Below, one piece after another: positions 48,501-59,900 of a stretch of 64,000 nucleotides of DNA. The notes below the pieces were generated by a model. That model did not search any database. It was given only the letters and a program-made list of their open reading frames with translations, and had not been told where the DNA came from. A program made the position numbers and the translations under genes. Numbering within the stretch: the stretch's first letter is position 1; every line of letters begins with the position of its first letter. Source of the stretch: Lama guanicoe (taxonomy: Eukaryota); NCBI GenBank assembly GCA_013239625.1, contig MU053379.1, forward strand, positions 4,609,229-4,673,228. Direction: 5' to 3'.

Positions 48501-49738
48501 TTGCTGCCTTGTGGGCAAATTCCCGGAAGCTGAATTACTCATCCAATTTTTTTTTTAACTTCTTGAAGATTTTTAATACATTCACTAAAATGTCCCCTAG
48601 GATTGCTCTCAATAGCTGGGTTTTCTTTTTTTTTTTTCTGGTGGGGGGTAGGTAATTAGGCTTAGGTAATTAGGAGCCCGGGACCTCGGGCGTGCTGCTA
48701 AGCACGTGCTCTACCGCTGGGCTCCTCCCTCCCTGCCGCCTGGGTTGCTTTCTATGCTGGTTGGTCCAGAAGCTAAGGAAAAAGTTGACCCCCTGATAAG
48801 CCCACTCTCTCCCCTCCCCACCCCTCCCACCGCTGCCAGGAAGCATCTCAACCCATCCTGGATGCCCCCTCTGCCCGGACGCCCCCCAGGCCGGCCTCAG
48901 TTCCTCCACGGCAGCTCTGGGTTGCGGTAGCTTGGTCCTGTTTCCCACTCAAACTGAACCTCACACAACTTCGTGTCTACTTGATGCTGTCACTCGTGCT
49001 TCCGCTGATGCAATGGAGTTCAAAAGAAAGAATTCTTTGTATTTTTATTCTAACTGAATAAAGATTTCGGGAGAGAGGAGGGACACGGCGAGTCATCCGC
49101 GCCGGGAACCTGAACCCCTTCATTCCACAGGCCCTGGAAAGGGCTCCCTGTGTAACCCCCCAGCTCTCCAGGGCAAGCTTTTCGTGGTGGTCCCCAGGCA
49201 GACTTGGCGCCTTTCCCAGGCATGCAGGTCCCTGACTCTTCCGTGGTGCCGCCTCCCCCGGGGAGGACCGGCTGGGCCCTCCGTGCAGCACGGGGTCTCT
49301 GTGTGGCCGGAGGAGGGCTGGAGCTGGGCATGAGGGTTTCTCGAGAATGATCAGTCCCTGGGTTCCAAATCCTGCTCTCCCCACATCAGCGACGGCTTCA
49401 GATCGTGGGACGTGAACTGACGAGCGCTCCTCCTGGTGGCAAGGCGGGCTCCCCAGGAGAGGCGACCCCAGCCAAGCCCCGCAGGGCCCCGGCCCACAGA
49501 CCGCAGAGACGGCGCAGGGCCCTGGCCCCGGCCTCTTAGCCGCCTGAAGCCAGATCCCCGCTCCTGGACATACGCATTTCTGGGGCTATTTTGACTGTGG
49601 GTTTTGTTTCACTTTTCTTTCTTACAAGCTGATTATCCTTTTTGTCTCTTTTAGATGTTTTATTGCACCTTTATTGTTGCGTCCAAACCCTGGAACTTTG
49701 AACTCAAGCTGCTGAAGAAGGAATGCCGATCCGTCTAG
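45585..49738 (+). CDS. CST13: Cystatin-13 (cystatin T), 141 aa; join(45585..45812,47728..47841,49655..49738)
   Basis: Exon 1 MARLCPSLLLLVATVALASSAAHAWGTPKVVRKFQDIPKSYVYVQQAVWFAMKEYNKASSDKFAFKVVEILKSQEQ|gttggt; exon 2 cag|ITDSLDYLIEAKIARTTCKKVSGGNENCSEQQDPQMQK|gtaggt; exon 3 tag|MFYCTFIVASKPWNFELKLLKKECRSV*. DIPKSYVYVQ and IVASKPW match recalled mouse Cst13. Confidence 0.92.
48620..48733 (-). mobile_element. vic-1-like SINE (degenerate) in CST13 intron 2
   Basis: T-tract, ggtaattagg, ggacctcgggcgtgctgctaagcacgtgctctaccgctgggct; similar to the 34011 copy. Confidence 0.7.
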
Positions 49739-50710
49739 CCCTCCGGTGCGTCCTGCGCCCTGACGTGCCTCCGGAGAAGCACAGACGCCTGAGAACACTG
49801 AAATAACACGGTGACGTGCTGCCTTCCCTCTTGTAGCCTTTTGCCTTTTTGTGCGTTCTCCGCGCGAGAAAGCGGAGCCGTGCTGCCTTTACGCGGCGGG
49901 TAATTTCTGCAAGGCTCCGAGGGTGCAGTCGTGTGGGGATGTCCATCCGTGGGTTTCCAGACAGCTCCCTGCCTGGGACGCAGGAGCTCACGCAGCTGTA
50001 GACAGAGGTTTAAACCCCAAATCCAAGCTGGGAGACAGCTGGGTCATTTGCAGACTTGTGTTGTACTCTTGGTTTTGAAATGAAGCAGAAATTTGCCAGA
50101 GCGATGGTACCTGGCAAGTAGGCTGCGTGTGTGTGTGTGCGTGTGTGTGCGTGTACCTGTGCGCACACAGTGGGAGGTATAATCCAGTGCTGCGTGACTG
50201 GCTGTGCCCTTGCTGCTTGAGCCATTTCTTGTATCTCTGTGGGGTCTGTGGGCCAGGGCCCTGCGGCAGCTTGGCTGGGGTCACCTTTCCCGAGGTCCCG
50301 CTCAGACTCTGAGAGCACCGCCCCATCGGAAGGTGAGTTTGGCTCCGGGGAGCCCACCTGCAGGCTGGCTCGCTCTCACGGCTGCAGGGCGGTGTTGGCT
50401 GCTGGCAGGCGGTCTCTGTTCTCCGTGTGGGCCCCTCCGGGGGTGGCCGGGGGCTGCGTGTGGTGCCTGGTTCCTCCACACACAGGCCTGAGAGACCAGC
50501 TGGAAGGCACAGCTCCCTCTGTGTCCGGCTTCAGGTGCCCCACCAGCTCCTCTTTGTGTTACTGGTCACCTAGATTAGCTCTGGGTGGGTGGGGTCGGGG
50601 ACACAGCAAGGTGTGACACCCAGGAGTGTGGCTGCTCCTTGTAGTCGCTGCAATTAGACAAGTTCCAACAGCAGTTCCAGGGCATTGACTAAACAAAAAA
50701 ATGACTTTTT

Positions 50711-50910
50711 CCCTAAACACAATTCTATACATAAAGTACACACAAGGACATACTGTGCGGCACGGGGAGCTGTACCCGGTGTTTTATGATGACCTATAAT
50801 GGAAAAGAATCCGCAAAAGAACGTACATGCACACGGGTAACTGCATCACATGCTGCACACCGGAAACTAACGCAGCATTGCAAACCAACTATTCGTCAAT
50901 ATAAAAAAAA
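50711..50910 (+). mobile_element. Short L1 3'-end insertion with TSD
   Basis: Homologous to 9810-9960 (acctataatggaaaagaat, gaaactaac); TSD aatgactttt at 50700-50709 and 50912-50921. Confidence 0.8.
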
Positions 50911-52426
50911 GAATGACTTTTCAGGTCAGGAAGCCCCCGGCTGTGAGCGAGTCTGTGCAGGGACAGGCTGGCAGGTTCACAGCACCCCCTCTCCCCGCAC
51001 AGGCCCCGCCTGCTCACGGACACCTGGCTTCTGGACACCCACCTTTTTCTCTGTCACCAGCATGGTGTTCTGACCCCTTCCCTGAGCCGCTGCAGCCCCC
51101 AGACCATCCTCCAGCCCCAAGTCCCCAGCCCACACGGGGTGGATTTCTCATTGTGGCTCCACTGCATCCAGGCCCGGGGGCCCTGAACCGAGCTGCTCAA
51201 CGTGTGGTCCAGAGGCAGGAGCGGCACTGGCCCCGGGAACGGGCTAGGGTGCGGATGCCCAGGGCCTGCCCAGCCTGGGGTCAGAATCCCGCAGGGCCGG
51301 AGAGGCCCAGGGGCAGGGCACCCACAGGCCTCCGGGGGACTCTGGTCCCCTCTGAAGGTCTCAAGGAGCTGGGAACAGAGGCTAAAGGCCTATGTCAGGG
51401 CTCAGAGCTGAGGCCTGGATTGGAAAGGGTGTGTTGTGGGGTCATCCCAGAGCTGCCTGAGCCGCCCCAGTGGGAGGCTGTGAAGGTCTCTTCTGCACAA
51501 ACAGACTCTGCACAGGAAGCAGTGTCCTCTGTGCCGTGGCCCTGAGGCCACAGGAGGGCACCAGCGTCTCCCGTGGACACAGCTCAGCCTCCCTGAGCAC
51601 ACTGGGTCCACCCCCGACCCCCGCCTCTCTGCTCCTCCTGCGCTCACGCTCCCTCCCGTAACGACACCCCAACAAAAGGGGCGTGGGAGGCCGCCGTGGG
51701 TCGGTGGAGGGGGCGTGGCCATCACACAGCAAGGTTGACCACCCCGGAGCGGAGCGGGGGCGGGAAGGGAGACGCAGGGGCTGGCCGGCAGCTCCGGGCT
51801 CCAGGAGTGTCCAGGACCTGCACGTCCTCTGACCTGGCGCCAGCCCAGGGGCCATGAGCCTCACTGTTCCACAACTCGGGGGGTTGGGGGCCACGTGGGA
51901 CGAGGCCACGCCCGCACCTGTCGGGACCCCGGCCCCTGCTGCCTTCTTAGCATCAATGCCCTTGACGTCTGGGCAGGCGCCTCTGTCGCCCTCAAAGCCG
52001 GCCCTCGGCAACCCCTCCTCTTTGGCCCTGTCCCTCCTCGTCTCGCTGACCCTCACCCGCTGCTGTGCCCAGGGACCACCTTCCTCCGAAACCTCTCGCA
52101 ACTGTGTCCTTGATTCGGAGTCTCGGCCTGGGGCCCCCAGGCAAGCCTCCCTCCCCCGGAGGGGCCCAGGGGCGCCTGTGCTGGGCTTCCGCTGCAGCGG
52201 GCCCTCCTCCACGGCCGGCCCCTCCCGCCCCCGCCTGGCTCCTGTGTCTCTGCCCTGGGCCGCGGGAGCTCTATCAGCTTCGGATGGAGGAGGCAGGGTC
52301 ACAGGAGGGAAGACACAGGGTGCAACGCCAGAGGGAGGCCCAGGGGAGGAGTGTGTCCTGGAGCAGATGGACTGGACCGAGGCCCAGGCAGGCAGGGTGG
52401 GAGCCGGAGTGGGGAAGGCGGGAGGC

Positions 52427-54393
52427 ATGGGAGCCCGGCCGCCCACAGCCACGCAGCGCCGGCAGGGCAGGTGGAGGTGGGCTCGGCCCTGGGCCCTGCT
52501 CCTGCTTCTCCTGGGTCCCCAGCTCCCGGAGGCTCGCGGCGGGGGTCTCCAGAGGGAAGTGAGCGCGGAGGACCAGAGGGTGCTGGAAAGGTACTTACCT
52601 GCCACCGTGGAGTACGCCGTACACGAGTTCAACCTGAGGAGCCAGGACGAGAAGGCCTACAAGGTGAAGCGTGTCCTGAGGTCCTGGAGGGAGCCGGTGG
52701 GTACCACGCGCCCGCCCCGCCGGCCGGCACCTGCTCTCGCGTGAGGCCGGGGGAGGGTCTCGTCGAGCCGTCCTCTTCCCCACCCGAAGCCCGTAAAGCA
52801 GAGGGGAAATGCAGCCTGTTCAGTCGCTCTCAGCTCCTATCAAAGGAGTAACTTGGAAATTTTTAGCACCTCAGTCCATCAACTCACACGTAAGGTGTAT
52901 CTTCAGTTTTCGTCATCTCTGGACGTGGTTTAATGAAGAGTGACCAAAATATGGCCGATGAGGGGATGAAGGTATTTAGTTAAAAAAAAAAAAGAAAAAA
53001 AACCTCAGGGAGTATTGGATTCGATAGATTCAGAAAGTATTTCAAGGAAATAACAGTAAAGTGGGTTAATTTAGAAAGAGAGAGAGACAGAGACGCCCAG
53101 ACATGCACGGAGGGAGGGAGGAGGCCGGGGCCTGGGGGGGTGGGGGCAGGCCGCAGGGTCCCCTGGCCCTGAGGACCCCTGTGGGGCCACGGCCTCTCCT
53201 CTGGCTCCGCCTGCTCGGGGCGCCTTCTGGGTCTCCACCCACGCGGGCTGAGTGTGACTTACACTCTTCCGGACCTTGGTTCTTAATCCGAAACTGTTCT
53301 CCTGGCCGTGGGGTCTCTGCAGAGTGCCAGCAGGGGTGGGATTTCCACGTGGGCTGCAGACGCCAACGCTGAGACCCTCGGCCGGAGGAGCACGCCTGGC
53401 CTGTGTGTGCTTGTGAGTGTGTGTGCGTGAGTGTGTGTGTGCATGAGTGTGTGTGAGTGTATGAGTGCGTGTGTGTGTGTGTGTAGCCGTAGCTCTGAGC
53501 GGCATTTTCCTGCCGTGGGGCAGGTGAAAGCGTGACATGGGGCGTGAGGGTGAGCCCCCCTTTCTCAGAACTGACTGACCCAGCACACTTGCAGAGCCGA
53601 CACCCCCGGCCCGGCCCGCCCCCCTGCTCTGCGTGGACCTGCTGTGCCTGCCACCCGGGGGCAGGAGGGACGCCCTCACCTCGGTGTCTCCCGACCACAG
53701 GTGGACACCGCCATGGTGTTCTCCACGGAGCTGCAGCTCACCCGCACCAGGTGTGGGAAGTCTGACGAAGACATTGACAACTGTCTGTTTCAAGGACGTC
53801 CGGACGTGAACAATGTAAGAGACGCACCAGCCGCCCTCGGGTGACACAGGGGTGGATGCCGCCCCGGGGGCGGGGGTGTGGCAGTGATGACAGCGCCGCT
53901 CCTGGAGACACAGGGGGGTGACCGGCACCCTGCCCCGCGGAACTCCCGCTCCTGCTCCAGCTGACAAGGGGCTGAAGCCCGCCCCAGGACAAGCCCCGCA
54001 GGCTCGAGGCCCCTGGGAGGCAGCAGGTGTGCAGGGAGACTCCCAGTGGGGCGCTGGCGGCTTGGGTCCCACTGGAACAGCCTCTGGGGACCACGGGCCT
54101 GGCGGGGAAAGAAGGACACAGGCGCCCTGGGGTCAGGAGCGAGTCCCAGGTCGCGGGCATCGACGACCGAGGGCAGGAGCCTGCACCCCCCGCCGCCCCC
54201 GCCCCCAGGAGTGCAAAGTTGTGTGGGTGCTGGGCTTAGAGCCAGAGCCACCAGCTTCCCAAGGCCCCCCCACCCACGCTCCCTCCCCTGCGTTTCCCCG
54301 CAGACCGTCACCTGCCTCTTCACCATCAGCACTGAACCCTGGAGAACAGTGTTTGAGCTCCTGAACAACACGTGCTCGGAGGGGCTCCTCTGA
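52427..54393 (+). CDS. CST9L: Cystatin-9-like (testatin family) copy A, 157 aa; join(52427..52696,53701..53814,54304..54393)
   Basis: Exon 1 MGARPPTATQRRQGRWRWARPWALLLLLLGPQL...RYLPATVEYAVHEFNLRSQDEKAYKVKRVLRSWREP|gtgggt; exon 2 cag|VDTAMVFSTELQLTRTRCGKSDEDIDNCLFQGRPDVNN|gtaaga; exon 3 cag|TVTCLFTISTEPWRTVFELLNNTCSEGLL*. WALLLLLLG, RYLPATVE, FTIST.PW are CST9/CST9L signatures; exact orthology (CST9 vs CST9L) and start codon uncertain. Confidence 0.88.
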
Positions 54394-54570
54394 GGGAGAC
54401 CACGGCCCCGCCTGGCCTCTGCTGTCCTGCCCCTGGCCACCGGCGAGACCCGTTGTGGCCCTTTGGTGGCGGAGCAGCTCAGTTCTGTTCCTTCACGAGC
54501 GGGTGTCTGGGGGTCACATCCGGGCGAGGTGGAAATTGCTCCCTGTCCATTTCCCCCCGTAGAATCGGCC

Positions 54571-54576
54571 ATTAAA
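54571..54576 (+). terminator. Candidate polyadenylation signal ATTAAA, CST9L-like copy A
   Basis: ~180 nt after the stop; mirrored at 57047-57052 on the minus strand. Confidence 0.55.
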
Positions 54577-56939
54577 CACCAGCATTTCCGGCAGCCTGTG
54601 CCGCCTGGTCCGGAGGGCGGGGGCCGGGCAGGGAAGGCGTCCTCCCGGCAGGGCTGCCGCTGGCCTAGGGGCGGGTCCGCTCCGCCTCGGACACCTGAGC
54701 CAGCTGCAGGTGACAGCACCTAGCAAGCCCTGGCGGTCTGATCTCCATCTCTGGGCTCACGGGATGGCCTGGTCCTCAGGGCGGCATCGCCATGACCTGA
54801 CGGGAGCCCCAGGGTCAATGCGCCTCTGGCCCTCAGCGCCTGCCTCGGGGGGCCTGCTCACACCTGCCCGGGTCCAGCAGGGCGCTCGGGGTGGCGGGAG
54901 GACATGGAAGGCCCAGCCTCCGGCAGCAGCAGTGGCTCCTGGAGCCTCTTTAGAAGCATGCAGCTCAGGGACTTTGCACCTGCGACGAGGACCCAGGCCC
55001 TTGGGACAATTCGACTTGCGAGGCACTGCGGCTGCTGCTGCCCTGCCCCTCCCCCAGGACACCACCTGGCCAACTCGCCTGGCCCTGCGGCCTGGCTCTC
55101 AACACCCCCACCCCCGCCAGGCTGTGTCTGGAAACACCGCGGACAACGTGGACCGAAGCGGGAGCGGGCACGTTCCAGGAAGACCTCACTCCCACGCAGG
55201 GTCTGCCTGGTGGAGGGGTCGGGTCACATGGTGTGAGGACGCCTGGACGCGTCCTCCACAGGCACCGGATGGCTTCCCAGGCCCGTGACTGCCGTGGAGC
55301 TGAGGGGAGCCCGCTGCGGGGTCCTCGCTGCTGGTTGGGCACCGCTGGGCGTGAGCGCAGCTCCTGTCCCTCTGCCACCTGTGCCCGGACTGGGCCGGCT
55401 GCTCTGGGAGACAGCCCACCCCTCCTCTGCTGCCTCTCTGGCCCTTCCTGACCTGCGGCTCCTCCAAGAGAAGGAAGCTTAGAGGTCCTTTACCCTCCGT
55501 GATTCCCGTCCAGTGTCCGGGGAGCCCTCTGCTGTCCTGTTCCTGGCCACCCGGGAATGGGTCCCCCGTGGGCCCTGCCAGTGTGGATGATGAGGGTGCC
55601 TGTGAGGGACGCTGAGTGGGGCCTAGGGCACTGTGTGTGCACGTGGTGCTCCCTTCCCCGGGGGAGGGGGAGAGCACGGCGGCATCTGAGCCCTGAGGGG
55701 TGGGGAGGAAGCGGGATGCCAGCTGACACCCGGGGCTCAGCCCCTCCCCTGCCCACTGGCTGACCCTCTCTGCGCCGGGCGCTGGGCCAAACCTCAGGGT
55801 CAGCCCCGCTCCGCCGCAGGCCAGTCCTGACCCTCCTCTGTGCCCTGAGCCGTCGGCACCTCCAGGCCCACTCCACACATGGGGAGAGCATGGGCCTTGC
55901 CTTTCCTGAAAGCTGCGGTGAGGGACAAAATCTAGGGTCACGGAGGGGAGATGCTCGCTGCTCCTCCTCCGTCCTCATCTCTGCCATGGGTCCCCTGGGA
56001 CCTGGCACACACGCCATCTCCCACCGTGTCTGGACCTCGGCCACAGCCTTGGGACAAGTTAAGGTGGGGCCCAGTGGTGCCATGGAGATGGAGGCCACGT
56101 GCAGCCCCCAGGAGTGCTTCCCCACCGTGACTGTCAAAGTGACCCTGAGCATCGGCCAGGGGAGGAACCCCAGAAGGAGAGGGCAAGGGCACAGGCCTCG
56201 AGCAGGTGGGTGCCTGGAGCCCTAGACACGGGCATGGTCCCCGGAACTGAAGGAGGTGGTCCCTCCTCCTCCAGGCTGTCCACCTGGGTCACCCTGAAGT
56301 GTCTCCTCATCATGGGGACTCATGGGACCCACCCGCCCCATGCCGTGTGGGCCCCCCTGAGGCTGGGGCAGCACCTTGTGTCCCTTTGGAACCCCAAAGA
56401 CATGGGGTGTCCAAGTCAGATTCCCTTGCTGGTTAGCACCCGGCAGGCATATGTGTCCCCAGTAACCAGACGTCACCACCAAGTGTTGAAATCTACGGCT
56501 CCATAGAAGTGCCTTCTCGTGACGATTCCCTCACTCACGTCACTAGTCAAATGGCACCCAGAAGCGTGTGTGTAGCCCTGGCGGCGGAGCGCTGGTCCGG
56601 CCACAGCAGCGTCATCCCGGTGACGGCGTGAGAGGCTCCATCCGTCGCAGACTCCAACCCTCCTCCCCCATCAGAACATCACCAAGGAGCTGGAATATTC
56701 GGGAGAACAGCTGGTGCAGTTACAGGGAGACCCGCGCTCCCCAGGCCCCTCGGGCAGAGACGACGTCAAGAAGACTGAACGTGATACAGGACAAAGGAGG
56801 GGGAGGCCGAGAACTAGACAGCTTCGCAGTTTCCTGTAAACACCTCCACCCAACATACAGTGACTGTTTTCTAATGATGACGATAATCAGGAAATCAAGT
56901 ATTAAACTAAAAAAAAGCTTCTCTGGCCGAGAGGAAGGG

Positions 56940-59900
56940 GGAGCGGCCCCGCCCCTAGGCCAGCGGCAGCCCTGCCGGGAGGACGCCTTCCCCGCCCGGC
57001 CCCCGCCCTCCGGACCAGGCGGCACAGGCTGCCGGAAATGCTGGTGTTTAATGGCCGATTCTACGGGGGGAAATGGACAGGGAGCAATTTCCACCTCGCC
57101 CGGATGTGACCCCCAGACACCCGCTCGTGAAGGAACAGAACTGAGCTGCTCCGCCACCAAAGGGCCACAACGGGTCTCGCCGGTGGCCAGGGGCAGGACA
57201 GCAGAGGCCAGGCGGGGCCGTGGTCTCCCTCAGAGGAGCCCCTCCGAGCACGTGTTGTTCAGGAGCTCAAACACTGTTCTCCAGGGTTCAGTGCTGATGG
57301 TGAAGAGGCAGGTGACGGTCTGCGGGGAAACGCAGGGGAGGGAGCGTGGGTGGGGGGGCCTTGGGAAGCTGGTGGCTCTGGCTCTAAGCCCAGCACCCAC
57401 ACAACTTTGCACTCCTGGGGGCGGGGGCGGCGGGGGGTGCAGGCTCCTGCCCTCGGTCGTCGATGCCCGCGACCTGGGACTCGCTCCTGACCCCAGGGCG
57501 CCTGTGTCCTTCTTTCCCCGCCAGGCCCGTGGTCCCCAGAGGCTGTTCCAGTGGGACCCAAGCCGCCAGCGCCCCACTGGGAGTCTCCCTGCACACCTGC
57601 TGCCTCCCAGGGGCCTCGAGCCTGCGGGGCTTGTCCTGGGGCGGGCTTCAGCCCCTTGTCAGCTGGAGCAGGAGCGGGAGTTCCGCGGGGCAGGGTGCCG
57701 GTCACCCCCCTGTGTCTCCAGGAGCGGCGCTGTCATCACTGCCACACCCCCGCCCCCGGGGCGGCATCCACCCCTGTGTCACCCGAGGGCGGCTGGTGCG
57801 TCTCTTACATTGTTCACGTCCGGACGTCCTTGAAACAGACAGTTGTCAATGTCTTCGTCAGACTTCCCACACCTGGTGCGGGTGAGCTGCAGCTCCGTGG
57901 AGAACACCATGGCGGTGTCCACCTGTGGTCGGGAGACACCGAGGTGAGGGCGTCCCTCCTGCCCCCGGGTGGCAGGCACAGCAGGTCCACGCAGAGCAGG
58001 GGGGCGGGCCGGGCCGGGGGTGTCGGCTCTGCAAGTGTGCTGGGTCAGTCAGTTCTGAGAAAGGGGGGCTCACCCTCACGCCCCATGTCACGCTTTCACC
58101 TGCCCCACGGCAGGAAAATGCCGCTCAGAGCTACGGCTACACACACACACACACGCACTCATACACTCACACACACTCATGCACACACACACTCACGCAC
58201 ACACACTCACAAGCACACACAGGCCAGGCGTGCTCCTCCGGCCGAGGGTCTCAGCGTTGGCGTCTGCAGCCCACGTGGAAATCCCACCCCTGCTGGCACT
58301 CTGCAGAGACCCCACGGCCAGGAGAACAGTTTCGGATTAAGAACCAAGGTCCGGAAGAGTGTAAGTCACACTCAGCCCGCGTGGGTGGAGACCCAGAAGG
58401 CGCCCCGAGCAGGCGGAGCCAGAGGAGAGGCCGTGGCCCCACAGGGGTCCTCAGGGCCAGGGGACCCTGCGGCCTGCCCCCACCCCCCCAGGCCCCGGCC
58501 TCCTCCCTCCCTCCGTGCATGTCTGGGCGTCTCTGTCTCTCTCTCTTTCTAAATTAACCCACTTTACTGTTATTTCCTTGAAATACTTTCTGAATCTATC
58601 GAATCCAATACTCCCTGAGGTTTTTTTTCTTTTTTTTTTTTAACTAAATACCTTCATCCCCTCATCGGCCATATTTTGGTCACTCTTCATTAAACCACGT
58701 CCAGAGATGACGAAAACTGAAGATACACCTTACGTGTGAGTTGATGGACTGAGGTGCTAAAAATTTCCAAGTTACTCCTTTGATAGGAGCTGAGAGCGAC
58801 TGAACAGGCTGCATTTCCCCTCTGCTTTACGGGCTTCGGGTGGGGAAGAGGACGGCTCGACGAGACCCTCCCCCGGCCTCACGCGAGAGCAGGTGCCGGC
58901 CGGCGGGGCGGGCGCGTGGTACCCACCGGCTCCCTCCAGGACCTCAGGACACGCTTCACCTTGTAGGCCTTCTCGTCCTGGCTCCTCAGGTTGAACTCGT
59001 GTACGGCGTACTCCACGGTGGCAGGTAAGTACCTTTCCAGCACCCTCTGGTCCTCCGCGCTCACTTCCCTCTGGAGACCCCCGCCGCGAGCCTCCGGGAG
59101 CTGGGGACCCAGGAGAAGCAGGAGCAGGGCCCAGGGCCGAGCCCACCTCCACCTGCCCTGCCGGCGCTGCGTGGCTGTGGGCGGCCGGGCTCCCATGCCT
59201 CCCGCCTTCCCCACTCCGGCTCCCACCCTGCCTGCCTGGGCCTCGGTCCAGTCCATCTGCTCCAGGACACACTCCTCCCCTGGGCCTCCCTCTGGCGTTG
59301 CACCCTGTGTCTTCCCTCCTGTGACCCTGCCTCCTCCATCCGAAGCTGATAGAGCTCCCGCGGCCCAGGGCAGAGACACAGGAGCCAGGCGGGGGCGGGA
59401 GGGGCCGGCCGTGGAGGAGGGCCCGCTGCAGCGGAAGCCCAGCACAGGCGCCCCTGGGCCCCTCCGGGGGAGGGAGGCTTGCCTGGGGGCCCCAGGCCGA
59501 GACTCCGAATCAAGGACACAGTTGCGAGAGGTTTCGGAGGAAGGTGGTCCCTGGGCACAGCAGCGGGTGAGGGTCAGCGAGACGAGGAGGGACAGGGCCA
59601 AAGAGGAGGGGTTGCCGAGGGCCGGCTTTGAGGGCGACAGAGGCGCCTGCCCAGACGTCAAGGGCATTGATGCTAAGAAGGCAGCAGGGGCCGGGGTCCC
59701 GACAGGTGCGGGCGTGGCCTCGTCCCACGTGGCCCCCAACCCCCCGAGTTGTGGAACAGTGAGGCTCATGGCCCCTGGGCTGGCGCCAGGTCAGAGGACG
59801 TGCAGGTCCTGGACACTCCTGGAGCCCGGAGCTGCCGGCCAGCCCCTGCGTCTCCCTTCCCGCCCCCGCTCCGCTCCGGGGTGGTCAACCTTGCTGTGTG

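Larger units (their letters stand above)
50931..54683 (+). repeat. Left arm of ~3.75-kb inverted repeat
   Basis: Reverse complement of 56940-60692; mirrored coordinates sum to 111623 across the arm; ORF-track translations are identical on opposite strands. Confidence 0.97.

Noticed and set aside
51442..52744. 296-396 aa ORFs (and their mirrors at 58879-60181; also 53071-54072 and 56568-57833)
   Set aside because: GC-rich stop-poor sequence; only the part matching cystatin exon 1 has a recognisable fold, and their duplication simply reflects the inverted repeat.
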